Shown here: positions 24,411 through 39,440 of the stretch, in pieces
Layout of the letters: every line of letters starts with the position of its first letter
Numbering within the stretch: position 1 is the stretch's first letter
DNA from: Eledone cirrhosa
Taxonomy: Eukaryota
Assembly: GCA_964016885.1 (NCBI GenBank)
Contig: OZ024740.1
Location: forward strand, 55,924,001 to 55,988,000
Reading direction: 5' to 3'
DNA length: 64,000 bases
Notes under the pieces: generated by a model
What the model was told of the DNA's origin: nothing
The model's database searches: none
The model's input: only the letters and a program-made list of their open reading frames with translations
Made by a program: the position numbers and the translations under genes

Positions 24411-27400
24411 TGTATGTATGTGCGCGTGTGTTTATATTTATATATGCATATTTGCAAAAATACACACAGACATATCTATCTATCAATCCGTATATACATA
24501 TATATATAGTCCATCTTCTTTTCGTTTCCTCTACCACCTTCTCTCTCACTTCCTCTATCTCTCTCTCACTCCCTCTATCTCTCTCTCTCTCCCTCTGTGT
24601 AAATATATATATTTAAATATATATACATGTATATCTTCCTGTATTTCCTACTTTCTTTTCTTTTATCTAAGGTAAATTCAGTTCGTTTTAAAGAAGTATC
24701 AGAGACATGAATTTAAATATAAAAAAACATATATGAAACAACACAGAAAAGAATTGGTGAATTATTGTATACTGTAAAAGTTTCAAAGTAACTTGTTAAT
24801 ATTTTTTGAATTAAAAGATGTAGGGGTTCAGTTAATTTCGAAAGAATTACCTCTTGCCTGGAGAAAATACCCTGCGGGATGTCCCTACCACTGATAGATT
24901 TTTCCGAGTTCAAATACTTGTAGTACAGTGTTTTGGTATTGTATTACTGGCTTCCAATCTATCGAGGCTTTCTGTCGTTATAAAACCCCCACCCTCATCT
25001 GAAAGACGAGCAAAAAGGAACCCATAGAGTTTCAGGGAATCGGAAATGTAAAAAGTAAATTAACATTTGAAACAAGTCATTTTTTATCTTTTCTTTTCTT
25101 TTTCCTTTTCTCCTCTCTTTGCTTTACCCAATAATCTACCTTCTGTAGTCATCACACAGCATTGGCATTTTCCATCATAGATTTATTTTATGTTATGCTG
25201 CAACACTGCAGAAGTAAGATTCCATGCTCCGTTACATTATGTATTTATTTGTCTGTTTATTTCAAAATGGGCAGACATGTTTCTTTTCCGTATTTAGTAT
25301 CCTCTGCTAATAACCAAATTATCTCTGATTGCTGAACCTTCATTAAAACTGCACTCATAAGTTTTACTATTTATTTCGCGATATTCCTCTCTTCCCCTTT
25401 ACAAATGTTATATTATTGTATAAGCAGGACAGCTGCTTTCGTTAAATAACCACATACACTTTCTCCAATATACGTTTTAATGGCAAACAATATACTATCC
25501 GAAATTATTTGAACTCATAAGCTACTGGTAATCTAACGCCATATTCACTCTATTGTTTCCTTTCTTTTTCAATATATCGAAGGAATATACTATTTGACTT
25601 TCAGTTTATAGGTATTTATTCCAAATCTATTTTAGACGTTTCGTTGTGTAATCTGTTAGTGTCCATTATTCTAGACTCCCCAATTCCGGGGCTGTCAAAA
25701 ATATGTACCGTGTTACTAGGAAATGCTACATTGGAAAGTCAGGCGTCATATTCTAATGAATGTTTATGTCTTTCCTTTCCGATCCTCCTAACACCGAGAA
25801 GATAGTTAAGGCACTCTCACGGTTCCTGGCGTCATTTGCATTTAATTTTAATACACAATTTATGTATTGCGAAGCACATTTTGGAGGTGAATACATATGT
25901 CCGCTTCATCGTGATGTCTGTCTTTCATGATCAAAGATCGCAGTAGAGTTCTAAGGATGAATATGAGATTTGTTATAGTCGTTTAGCAATATTTTGTTGT
26001 TTAGCAATATTTTGGCCTACATTGTCCGCCGGGTTTTGAAAGAGATTTAGCTGTTATCTCTGCTAAGTTGAACAACCTCTTAAACATCTCCCTCTTTATA
26101 ACGGTGGGCTTTTTATTAGTGTACAGCAACTGGCTTGCAGCAGATTTCTCTATTTGTGGTTGAGAACCTATTGCAAATGTTGTACTATGTCTGGATATCG
26201 GTGTTGTAGCTGTATTTTAAACGTGTCTTAAATGTTCTGCATTAGATTACGGTTAAGGAATTGTTTTTGTTGCTGTTGTTTAGATCCAGGTATACCACGT
26301 TAGACGATAGACCTATATTTGTAAACCTAGCCATGTGAAAATTTCACTTCATTTATATTTAGTGTTTAGAGATAGTATATCAAGGACTACATTAATGCGC
26401 GATTTTTATTCATTAAAGGAAATGTCAGGGCCTCCTTACACATATCCACTGTCTATATAGGGTCCAACATCCATCTCTCACATATTTATTTTCATACATT
26501 TATTAACGTCATCTTAAAAACATTAAACAAAGCCAAAAAAGCCTTAGTTACTATCAAAGTTAATATCACTCTATTAGGAAGTGAGAGAATCAAACTGTAT
26601 ACATTGCAGGCAGCAAATTATTTTTTACGCACGTAAAAGATCAACAAATTTGCTTTCATCCACAATACTTTAATGAACTTTCACAAAATATTAGAAGACA
26701 AAAGAAAACTATTAAAGACCCATCAATAATTGTTTGATTATATGGTTGTGTAGTTAAGATGTTTAATGTGCAGATACGTCGTCTGGGGGGGGGGGGGGGG
26801 GGAGTCCGAAGCAAAACACCTTGCTCTTGCAGGTTTTTAACAGATTCAGTGGTATCGTTTCCACAACAGTTAAGGTGGCCCTAAGGAAGGTGACAAGAGC
26901 GCCATCATCATACATGGTATATCTTGAGCATTTTAAATCCGGCAATTTCTTCAAACAGAACGAGAAAGGGGAAGAATCGATTCTAATCCTCGACTGTTAA
27001 CTGATTTATTGGCACCAAAAGGGGTGAAATGCATCGTCTTCGCGCGATTACCATGCTATTCAACGTTCTATCGTCATTTCTAACTTCCTACCTTCATTAT
27101 ATAATACTATGTTTTACAGTATAGAACACCATACTTTGCAGCATAGGAGGTATGGCTCTACGCATCATAAACAATGCTCGCCTAGCATGTTTTTATCATA
27201 TATTCCACTAATTTACAACTCATTTAAAAACAGCTGAGAGCTCGAGTCAATGACTGAGTCCCAACAGTGTCCATCGACCTAAAAAGAAATAAATTCCAAA
27301 TGTCTTTTAAATCATATCCGACAACATTTAAGAAAGCATCGAAGGACATATTATATATTGTAGCCACTAATATTGATCATATTTCCCATAAATCGTGGAT

Positions 27401-27523
27401 AGCTGCGACTAAAGATCAACAATAAAAACTATAGGTGATAACTTCATCACTGTTCGCACATGACCTATGCAATGACCTCATGCATTGATTAAAGAAACAT
27501 GAATATATGTTCATAGAGTTGCA

Positions 27524-27692
27524 ATAATTGTTTCTACTTTTGACACAGGCCAACAATTACCCCAGTGCATTACTGGTGCTTTATTTAATCGACCCCGTAA
27601 GGATGAAAGGCGAAGTTAACCTCGACGGGATTTTGACTCAGAACGCAATGGATGGTGTCTGACGCTCTACCGTTACTGCCAATCCACCGCCC
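27524..27692 (-). mobile_element. SINE family A (internal deletion)
   Basis: Consensus match with TSD tagagttgcaataattg. Confidence 0.88.
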
Positions 27693-27792
27693 TAGAGTTG
27701 CAATAATTGAGTTTGGATCAGGAAGTAGGGATGGTTGTTTTAAAATGGTTCAGTATATTCCATATATTACTTATTTTAATTGTCATGAAGAA

Positions 27793-27988
27793 ATAATGGT
27801 TTCTGATTTAGGCACAAGGCCAGCAATTTGATTAAATTGACCCCAGTGCTTACTGGCACTTTATTTTATCGACCCCGTAAGGATGAAAGTTAACCTTGGG
27901 GGATTTGAACTCAGAACATAAAGGGCCGTAACTCTATGCGCCGAAGCATGGTGTCCGACACTCTACTGATTCTGCCAATCCACCGCCC
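27793..27988 (-). mobile_element. SINE family A
   Basis: Consensus match. Confidence 0.86.
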
Positions 27989-28619
27989 TCATGAATTAAC
28001 ATTTAATGCAAACCAGTCAAGATGATGAGAATTCAATGAAATTGTGAATGTTTTATTTCATGTTCCTTACAGAAGAAACATACACTCACATACACTCGTA
28101 AAAAACACAAACTGATTTAATACACATCTAAAATATAATCGTGTAGACTTTGGTATAATTAAATGTTCTTAAACACAATTCTGTCATCATATTTTTTCAT
28201 CAACAGTCAATATTAATCACCAGTGAGACTAAAATTGAAATTTGACTTGGATATTGAAAATATTGGCTGAATTTGATTCATTAATCTGATCGATGATTTC
28301 CATTTCGTTTCACCAAGAATCAAGAAAGAGTTTTGCATTAATGTTTATCAGTTGGAACATAAGCATGTGATAATTTGGGGTTATGGCAATAACTTGTCTC
28401 CATAATGTTTTACTTTCTATCATTGCAATCTGGTTTGTTTCAAAAAGTATGAGCGAAATTTGTAACGTACGCTTCTTGCAGGTAAATTTATATTTACAAC
28501 TTCATAATGGCGTGTGCTCAGAAATGTTTAATTAATTATAATTACACATTATGTGTAAAACAATAAGCCAAGAAAACTACGTGAGGTAATTCCTAAACTG
28601 AATGATGGATCGTGTAGAG

Positions 28620-28851
28620 CAGGCATGTCAAAGATGCGGCTCTTTACAAGCACACATGCGGCCCGCACAGAGGTTTTTACAGCGTGAGCATGTTTTATCT
28701 TCGTAATATAAAATATGAAAAATTGGTTGTAATGTGCACAATTAGTTGTCGTGTGTGGCCCTCAAACAATACATATGTGACCCATGTGGCCCTCAGACAA
28801 TACATATGTGACCCATGTGACCCTCGGGGGACCCTCAGTTTGACATACCTG
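28620..28851. mobile_element. hAT (Charlie-like) MITE
   Basis: TIRs CAGGCATGTCAAA and TTTGACATACCTG, perfect 8-bp TSD gtgtagag, and TGCGGCCC/GTGGCCC subterminal motifs. Confidence 0.9.
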
Positions 28852-29420
28852 GTGTAGAGTAAAGTGAGTCTGATTTCAAACAAATAAGGTGAACAAGGCA
28901 GATATATTCCAGTTTTATTAGACCTTCTTGGTGATGCATTGCCTTCACTAGTAATACTAGACTGCAGATTGATATAGATATGTTAGGTGTATCTGTTTAA
29001 AAATTCATATTGCTATATTTCTTTCATCGTGGTTACTTCTCTTCTAGCCTCTGAAAATATATAAGTCAATCAATTTATGGTTAGAAGAGACACTATGGTT
29101 TTGAAATCAAAATATATCAAGATATTTCAAGTTTCTCGTTGAAGACTATACAACTTAATTGGCCAAGAAAACTACAAAGAAAGCCTTGAAATTCTTTCAT
29201 GAAAATCAGAATAATCAGATCAAATGTAGAACTATTTGTGAATAAGATTCAAATATTATATCCTAAGGCAACGTGAAGAAGATTCATATTTATAATTAAA
29301 TGGTAATTCATCTAACAGTTAAGATAGAAATTATAATTGTTTTAACGTGTGTTAATAGGATTTACACAAAAATGGTGGATTCTATTTGTTTTGCTCATTA
29401 TGATTTTAACTGAACACGTG

Positions 29421-29893
<473 letters not shown>

Positions 29894-29929
29894 TGGGCTA
29901 TTTATTCACAAGACTAAAAATTCTAATTT

Positions 29930-30068
29930 AGTCCAGAAATACCCGTCGAAACGGCTTGAGCTCTGCCGTCGGGGTCATACTTTTTCCTATTTCCCACTCT
30001 ACTACTCTAAGTATTGAGTACTCTGGTGCGTTATGGTCCATCTTGTTCCTTACCACAATTCCTTTGTT
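29930..30068 (+). mobile_element. PLE-like pLTR 3' fragment between TA tracts
   Basis: Same family as 2219-2282 and 33305-33443. It begins at the stem II 3' strand agtccaGAAA. Confidence 0.75.
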
Positions 30069-30113
30069 ATATATATATATATACACATATATATAATCAC
30101 GTGGTCAGGTAAA

Positions 30114-30164
<51 letters not shown>

Positions 30165-30237
30165 GGGGAGCATAGATATAGATACAGATATGTATGTATA
30201 TACGACTATGTACAATAACTACACACACTCACACACG

Positions 30238-30307
<70 letters not shown>

Positions 30308-30774
30308 TGTGTGTATGTGCGCGCGCTCATGCGTGTGTATGTGTGTATGTACATGTGTCTGCGTGAAAATATAGCTTATTACATTTGTATTAACTGGACC
30401 GTGATATACAATGCACTCTAACTGTTTATATAGGTTTAGCTAACTGGAAGAAAAGAATATTACCATCATATTAATATTGATCATTGTTAACATACCAGCC
30501 AAATGTAGCCGGTGAATATAATGATATTACGTATCGGATGCGTTAAGTTATTCTTTTATTTTTATATTTGAACTGTACACGTTCGCGCTCTGTTATATAT
30601 TTTCCAAGTCTCTACATGATTTATCAATTACTTTTTGTTGAACTGCTAAGTTATGGACTACAAACAGAGGTTCAAACGTAAACATCTTGATGGACACATA
30701 CATCCACCCGCACACACATACACATATTCAGACACACACACACACACACACAGACACACACACACATATATATG

Positions 30775-30976
30775 TCTTCTTTTCTTCGCCCATTTACTCC
30801 TGGGGGCAGAGTCGTCAAACACTCTCTCCAGCTGGTCATATCAGAAGCAATCGTCTCTAACTGAACCGGCTGGATCCCCAGCCAAGCTCATGGACGGTAT
30901 CCAACCACCTTGTTCGGGGTCTACCCCTGGGTCTCATTCCTGTTGGTTTCACTCGTAAAATCTGTCCAGCGATTCT
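30775..30976 (-). mobile_element. RTE-clade (Expander/Rex3-like) LINE 3' fragment
   Basis: Reverse complement is similar to 45603-45745. Confidence 0.75.
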
Positions 30977-32826
30977 ATATACTCGACGAAATTTTGCAGT
31001 TCTCGTCTACTAAATGTCATTTACTAGGTTTCGAGTCTAGAGTAGAAGAAACATAATATGCAAGGCAGTGGAATGAATTCAAAACTAAACGCTTGTGAAA
31101 CAAACTCTTTTTCATGCTTGCACCTTCATGATTAATTTTTACTAATAACAAATAGCTTATATGTATTGGATATTATTTTATTTCTGTTATTGATATATAT
31201 TATTACTTTTTGACTTAGCACTTATGAAACCAATTCTAAACGGCAATTTATTCATTTATGATCATCTATTTTTTGTCTTAATTTATTATCCGTTTGAGGG
31301 TTAGTATATAACCAATCGATATTGACTTTTATTCTCCTATAACATTCCATGATGTTACATTGTGTTTTCGTTTGTCTTGCCTCATTTCTTATGCAATCCG
31401 GTTTGTGAATGCACAACTTACACAGTGATAGGCATGTACATGAATACATATACAAGCATAGACGTAAAGAAAGGAGCAGAAAAATTCTGATTTTATTTCT
31501 TCATGTCATAATTTTTTTTTATATTCCTTACATATGTGTGTGCGTGTGTAGGGGCGAGTATTTACATTGTATCATTAGCTGCTGTAAAACGTGATGTTAT
31601 TGAGTTATTGAATATGCATAAGTTTTGCCTTCCTTCCATTCTCTACCAGTTTTCCGAGGAGGTTTTCTGTTGTTTTTTTTTCTCCTCTTTTGTGGTAATA
31701 TTTTTTATTGTATCTATATATATATGTTCTTTCCTTTTGTTTTTACTACATATTTCGCATATACATCATATGTATTGATACTGCAATATAATACTCTTTT
31801 AATGAGGGACATTCTTTGAAGAATTTTGCAAATAAACGTCTCTGCTTTGAGTGGGAGAAAATACGCGTATAAAATAACAAGGAAAAGAAAATGTGAGAAA
31901 AGTATAATACAAAACATGATTTACATGTTTTAGTTGTTTTTTAACATAATATTTGTATGAATGTAGACACATCTTTGTACTAAATTTGTATTTTTTCAAA
32001 ATTATTTCTGTTTTTAGGTAATTTTTACTTTTCGGTTTATCTGTAAATTTGATTGAGAACGAAACACCAAACATATATGTATGTTCATTCTTATCAAAAC
32101 GATATTATTCTATACGTGTATTTATGTATATATATATATACACACACACATATATATATATATATGTGGGTGTGTGTGTATGTGTGTGTGTGTATTTGTG
32201 TGTGTATATGTGCGTGTGTGTTTATGAATATATTTATATATGTATATAAGTATATATGCGTATGTGCCTGTATGTATGCGGGTGTGCACATGTGTTTCTG
32301 AAACAGATTTGAAAGCCCAACAATGCGAATGGTAAAAAGAAATAATTTAATATATACATCACTTATCAATCCTTTCACACTGTCATTCTTTTTCTGTAAG
32401 TACACACACACACACACACACATACACACACACATACACACACACATACACACACACATATACACACACACACACATATATATATGAAACACATTTTGTA
32501 AATGTTTTTCAATATAAACATTTACATAATATGTGCGCGTGTGCATACGTGTGCGCGAGCAAGATGATGTGTGTATGCGTGCATTTGTAAGCGGAATTAT
32601 GTTAGTGTGAATGCATGTATGACTCTATATGTACCACTTAGTATACCTCTCATTTTTTGTTATTTTAATGATAATTTCTAGTTTAGTATTTTAAGTAAAC
32701 TTATACATATATCCTATACCGCTTCATATAGGTATATTCATTGATGCCTATATGAATTGTTCAGAAATATCTTTCTAGCATTGACTGGCGAATAAAATGA
32801 AATTGAATGACAAACAAGTGTAATAT

Positions 32827-32945
<119 letters not shown>

Positions 32946-32964
32946 ATATATATATGTATATATA

Positions 32965-33031
<67 letters not shown>

Positions 33032-33146
33032 TTATATATATATATAGTAATAATAAAAATTTGAAGACTAAAATCCAAAGAGGGCTCGATAAGAATAAAT
33101 ATATATCAAATATATAAGAACCGTAGAGCAAATATTTATTATTTTA

Positions 33147-33245
<99 letters not shown>

Positions 33246-33443
33246 AATGTATAACTCCGACGGCAGAGCTCATGCCGTTTCGACAACTAATTCTGGACTG
33301 AAATAGTCCAGAAATAGCCGTCGAAACGGCTTGAGCTCTGCCGTCGGGTTATACATTTTCCTCTTACCCACTCTACTACCTTAAGTATTGAGTATTCTAG
33401 TGCGTTATTGTCCATCTGGTTCCTTACCACACTTCCTTCGTTA
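33246..33443. mobile_element. Fold-back PLE-like pLTR fragment between TA tracts
   Basis: Arms are 33246-33299 and 33305-33357 with a 5-nt loop. The right arm continues through the tail to (TA)n. Confidence 0.78.
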
Positions 33444-33675
33444 AATATATATATATATATGTCTGTCTGTATGAGAGTGTGCTGTTTGTATGTATGTGTA
33501 TATTTGTGTGTGCCTGTGTATATGTGTGTAAATAATTCCATAGAAATATATTACAAGCGCATTTTGCACTTAGAAAGTTCCTCTCCGACATACAAACTCA
33601 GGAAAAGCGTTTTTGTGGAAGGCCTGCCATCGCCCATGTATATCAGCCTCTCCTCTCTTACACTTTATAATTATA

Positions 33676-33722
<47 letters not shown>

Positions 33723-34420
33723 GTGTGTATGTATGTATGCGTATGGGAGATAGAGATACGAGGTGCGTGCCAGAACAAGTAGTTAGCCGACTGAAAGTGA
33801 GAGAGATCTAGATCTTATTAGGACATCATTCTAGGAAAAAGAAAGTTCGATGGCAGCCAATTATGTTTTCTTGTTCTTTTAGGATAACTGCCACCGTTGT
33901 TCAGAGAGTAGGATTGGACCAGTGCAAAGCTTTTCTTCATTTAAAAAAGCTTCGCGCACAGGCATCACTGTATTCATATGACTTTCACGTGTGTTACGTG
34001 AGCATGGCCTTTTCATTTTTCTTTCGCTGCAGCATATACAGAATCCAAGTCCTTGGAAGGGCTAAAATGTCACGTTCATTGCACCCATGTATGAAAAAAA
34101 GGTAATGGGATGGCAATTCTCATAATCGAGATGCAGACATTATGCTTACATGTATGTATGTATGTATGTACGCATGCATGTGTGTGAATATGTATATGAA
34201 AAGTAAACAGACTACATTATGAAATACAATGAAGATATATATTCGTTTGACGTTTGATATAGTAGGAAAAGTCTTAAAGATTCGGAGACTAGTCCTTGAT
34301 CAGGAAATAGAATGAGAAATTAAAGAAGAAATAGTGAGTGAGGAGGGGCAAAAATGAAAAACTTCTGTACATTTCGCCATCTTGTGTGTATGTATGTATG
34401 TATTTATGTATGTACGTTTG

Positions 34421-34817
34421 TCAGGTCACTCTCGGGTGCTGCTGGTAACATGTAACCCAGAACAACTTGTCTCATTGTCGGGTCATCGGCGACTAAACCG
34501 GCAACCCCACCAAGCTTGGTTGGTGGTTGGACATCCTGCGGGATGAAATACAAGACTCAGCAAAGGGAGTGAAAGGCCCCCAGTTGTTGTCACAACACCT
34601 TCTTAAGAGAGGGAAACTCTGAAAAAAATACCTGTGGCTTCGGAAAAATCCGATGATATTGATCAGTTCTCCTTTGCGGGTAGAGTTTTCGATGCTCATA
34701 AAATGGAATTGGTCGAGTGCAAGGCCTTTCCCCACTCCACTTAAAAAACCTTTAAAGTACAGGCATTGCTTATAGAGGATTTGTAACAGGTTCGTATGGC
34801 TGGCCCTAGCCTAAAGC
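34421..34817 (+). mobile_element. Probable interspersed repeat, possibly an RTE 5' UTR fragment
   Basis: GC-richer island containing gagagggaaactctga, reminiscent of RTE 5' UTRs. No coding support. Confidence 0.3.
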
Positions 34818-34922
34818 TTCAACATTTTCTGTAATCTGACAGCAATTGCAATACTCTTAGCAGAATTTGCAGCCACCATATGTATGTGTATGTACGCATA
34901 TTAATGTATGTGTGTGTATGTA

Positions 34923-34968
<46 letters not shown>

Positions 34969-35109
34969 TGTATGTATGTACGTATGTATATATGAATGTA
35001 TGTACTTATATATGTATGTATGCATGTATATATTGTGTATGCATGCAAGTATGTATGTATTGATGCAAATATATATATTTCTATCATTTTATTTGTACTT
35101 GTTCTGGGT

Positions 35110-35295
35110 GTTGTATTGGCAGATATACTAGAGTGTGCCACAAAATCCTTTGCAGTATTCAGTTATAGGTTTTTACGTTGCCTTTCGTCCTACCGGGGTC
35201 GATAAAATAGAGTACCACTAAAGAATTTGTGTTGATATAATCTACGTTTACCTCAGCACAAATTGATGGCCTTGTGGATGAATAGAAATCATTAT
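35110..35295 (+). mobile_element. Decayed SINE family A
   Basis: Core gcctttcgtcctaccggggtcgataaaatag and the tail are present. Confidence 0.7.
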
Positions 35296-35468
35296 TTTAT
35301 CCGTTTTCTGATTTCCCAATATCTTCAAGGAATTTAAGCCACTATATTGTTTTGTGCTTATTTCATCAATCTTATAACATATGTTATGTAAATTGAAAAC
35401 GGCCATGTATGAAATACCACAGAGTAGTTTAGTTCGAATGTAGATATTCCCTACAAGCGCTAATGCAG

Positions 35469-35499
<31 letters not shown>

Positions 35500-35504
<5 letters not shown>

Positions 35505-35651
35505 GAAATGTTAGCTATCGCCGTATTTTGACTAAAGAAATGAAAGAAATTATTTTTCCATTTCTTCGAGGGTTCTTAACCCCACTATCAGGCTAAATAA
35601 TTTCTTTCATTTCTTTAGTCAAAATACGGCGATAGCTAACATTTCTAATTA
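35500..35651. repeat. Inverted repeat with ~46-bp arms next to (TA)n
   Basis: aattagaaatgttagctatcgccgtattttgactaaagaaatgaaagaaattattt and its reverse complement. Confidence 0.85.
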
Positions 35652-35839
35652 TTTCAAATCCACTCGCTGTTTCGAAAATATTCTTACTTGATATATATAT
35701 ATATATATATTGTAGGAGGTGAGTTTTATTGTAGTACAATAAAGCAATGTAGATATCGGATAAGAAGCACTCTACAGTTTGTAGGACTGGAGTATACATA
35801 ATATATAAGAACAAAAGATGGTTAAAGGAGTTCCATGTA

Positions 35840-35906
35840 TTTTATTATGCGCATTTCAAAAACAAATATCATCATGCAATAATATTTGTGTTTTCATCAG
35901 ATAAAA
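35840..35906 (-). ncRNA. Type I hammerhead ribozyme (left arm)
   Basis: Reverse complement of 36069-36135. Confidence 0.8.
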
Positions 35907-36068
35907 CAGGAGGACATGATATGAAGGCTAAAAAACACTTGTGGATAGTTCAGTTTTAAATCAACATATTCAGTTTTAAATCAACATATGTTGATTTAAA
36001 ACTGAATATGTTGATTTAAAACTGAACTATCCACAAGTGTTTTTTAGCCTTCATATCATGTCCTCCTG

Positions 36069-36135
36069 TTTTATCTGATGAAAACACAAATATTATTGCA
36101 TGATGATATTTGTTTTTGAAATGCGCATAATAAAA
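36069..36135 (+). ncRNA. Type I hammerhead ribozyme (right arm)
   Basis: ttttat-CTGATGA-aaacacaaatattat-tgcatg-atgatatttgttttt-GAAA-T-GCGC-A-TA|ataaaa. Confidence 0.8.
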
Positions 36136-36167
36136 TACATGGAACTCCTTTAACCATCTTTTGTTCT

Positions 36168-36210
<43 letters not shown>

Positions 36211-36336
36211 GTGTATGATTACATACACTCAAGCATAGCATGAAAATCGGATTATTCTCTGGTGTATTAAATTGTATATATATATATGAGTGTGTGTGTG
36301 TGTGTATGTGTGTGTATGTATATGTGTAAGTGTGTG

Positions 36337-36421
<85 letters not shown>

Positions 36422-36980
36422 ATGCACGTATATATTTGAGACTATTCTACGTATATCTATGTTGCTAACTTCAAATGCACATACATACATCCATACATAC
36501 AAACATATATACAAACATACATACATACATAAATACATACAAACATAAGTACATCCATACATCCATCCAACCATACATACATTCATTCATATACACACAC
36601 ACACACGTATATATGTGACATATTGTATACATATAGATCTTCATTTTTTCCTCTAATTCATCTCGTTAAGAATTCTCCCATTTACTTTTTACCAATTTGT
36701 TGAAGCAATTGTAACTTATGCTCGTAATTGCCGTGCGGACGACAATAGCTGAGAACAATGTTTTTGATATTGGATTCTTTTTACCGTAGTTTATTTGGTC
36801 TCAAAACGAAAGCCAGCGTCTTCTTTCCCTTCAGAGCTTTCATTTAAGTAATATAGTATTTTCCCTTAAAAAATAATAGGCAAACGAGAATGGTTCATTT
36901 TTTTTTTTATTATTGTCCGTTATTTTCTCTGTCTATCTCCCTCTTGCGCTATATGTATATGTATTTATTGACATATATGT

Positions 36981-37029
<49 letters not shown>

Positions 37030-37040
37030 TGTGTGTGTGT

Positions 37041-37088
<48 letters not shown>

Positions 37089-37092
37089 GTAA

Positions 37093-37128
<36 letters not shown>

Positions 37129-37145
37129 TATATATACACATATAG

Positions 37146-37205
<60 letters not shown>

Positions 37206-37570
37206 AAACACACTTATATGCAAGTGTGTGTGTGTGTGTGTGAATGTGTGTGTGTGTGCATTTGTGTGTATCTGCGTGTGCTTGTGATGCTGCAAGTAAT
37301 TTATTATTTTAAAAATATTCTAAGTTTAGTCCCACCTTTTTTCCTTATTCCATCTTCATCATCATTAAAACAACTACACCTTTCTGTGTGGGCACCAATA
37401 CACTTCTGCGAAAAGGTATGTAAGAAGTCCTATCTTAGTCCCTGGCGTGCTTTCATATGATACAAACCTCCTTATGTTGGACTCACTCTTTTTATATATA
37501 AAATATACGTAATTTTCTATCTACATATTCATCAATCTATAGATAGTTAGACAGATAGATAAACAGATAG

Positions 37571-37810
37571 ATACATACATACGTACATACATACATACAT
37601 ACATACATACATACATACATACATACATACATACATACATACATACATACGTACATACATACATACATACGTACATACATACATACGTACATACGTACAT
37701 ACATACATACATACATACATACATACGTACATACGTACATACATACATACATACATACATACATACATACATACATACATACATACATACATACATACAT
37801 ACATACATAC
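37571..37810. repeat. (ACAT)n microsatellite
   Basis: Direct reading. Confidence 0.98.
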
Positions 37811-38818
37811 GTAGTTACATATATATGGGCGTGCGTGTGTTTGTGTGCGTTCGGGTGTGGTGGATGATGTATGCCTGAGTATGTGTCCGGGGGTGGGGGG
37901 GTGGGGGGGTGGGGGGGTGGGGGGTTCTATCTGTCTCTACCTCTTTCGTTAGTGCCTGCCTTTTATCTACAGTTTTAATTGCTATTGTATTTCAGAACCC
38001 TAATCATAGGTTCTTCTATCAACAGGGGCGTCGGTTACATCTTTTTTTTTCTTTATGCTTTTAGATGTTATTTATTATTATCATTTTTTTACTGAAGTTG
38101 TTGTTGTTGTTGGTGGTGGTGTTGTTATTGTTATTATTATTATCATTATTATTATTATTATTATTATTAATAATAAAAATAAATTTATTATTGCTACTGT
38201 TTGTTGTTGGTGTTGTTGATGTTGTTGTTGGAGCTATTGTTATTATTACTTCTCTACTCAGTCATTGATTATATATCCGATGTTGATTGCATCACTCAAT
38301 CAGCTTTCTAATTCATGACACAAATATGCTCAGAAAATAACAAGAACGTTCACAAACAATCAACTATAATTATCTACATGCAAAACTAAAGAATCTATTT
38401 TTAAATATGAAAACTATTTGATGTACATGAAAAGAAGACTAATATATACATACACACACATACACAAACGTACACACAAGCACATATATATATATATACA
38501 TGCATATATATATATATATTCATGTATATATACATGTATATATATGTATATATACATATGCGTGTATGTGTGAGCTTGTGTGCGTGCGTAAAATATATGT
38601 ATGAATAAAATTACAAAGGAATATATTTTCAAAATAAAATTTGTATATAAATGTACAAAAAATAAATGTATCGTCTAAGCACACATTCATGCATATACCA
38701 GAATATATGTAACATATGTATGTCTATAATATTTCATTAAGTTTTATATGTGTATTCAAGCATTTAAATGATAAAACACTCACACACTCATATATGCACG
38801 TATATATATATATATATA

Positions 38819-38928
<110 letters not shown>

Positions 38929-39035
38929 TAGATTTTGAGTTTATGTTGGTTGTATACCAACACCTCAGTATGCAGGCTGGAGCACTCGACGAAGTGCGCA
39001 GGTTGGTTTGGTTACTCCGGAGTAGTGTAAAATAA

Positions 39036-39181
39036 AGTTAAATAAAAGTCAAATGATTAAAATTTAGCTTCGTTTATTACTGCTATATATATTTCAGTGA
39101 CAGCCATCTTTGGCTGTCACTGAAATATATATAGCAGTAATAAACGAAGCTAAATTTTAATCATTTGACTTTTATTTAACT
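39036..39181. repeat. Perfect palindrome (71-bp arms, 4-nt loop) made of two HHR 3' halves
   Basis: gtgacagcca-tctt-tggctgtcac-t-GAAA-T-ATAT-A-TA|gcag. The right arm ends in (TA)n. Confidence 0.85.
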
Positions 39182-39289
39182 ATATATATATATATATATA
39201 TATACATATATATATACATACATATACATACACACACACATAGTGTATATATATGTGTGTGTTGGTATCTGTGTGCGTTTGTGTAAAAG

Positions 39290-39440
39290 GTAAACAGAAA
39301 TAACAAAACAAACGGCACGGTATATGGAAGGAATATATTAGTTTAACGCTTGAAATAGCAAGAAAGTCTAAACGTTTCGGACGCTATTCCTTCTACAGAA
39401 GAAAGAATGAAAAATTAGAAAGAATGAGAGGACGGGCAGG
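39290..39440 (-). mobile_element. PLE-like pLTR fragment with variant HHR core
   Basis: Minus strand reads CTGTAGAA-gga..tcc-GAAACGTT at 39371-39398. A related, more decayed copy lies at about 34200-34320. Confidence 0.45.

Larger units (their letters stand above)
35798..36177. repeat. Perfect 380-bp spacerless palindrome carrying an HHR in each arm
   Basis: Centre at 35987/35988, with no mismatch seen. The right arm ends in (TA)n. Confidence 0.92.
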
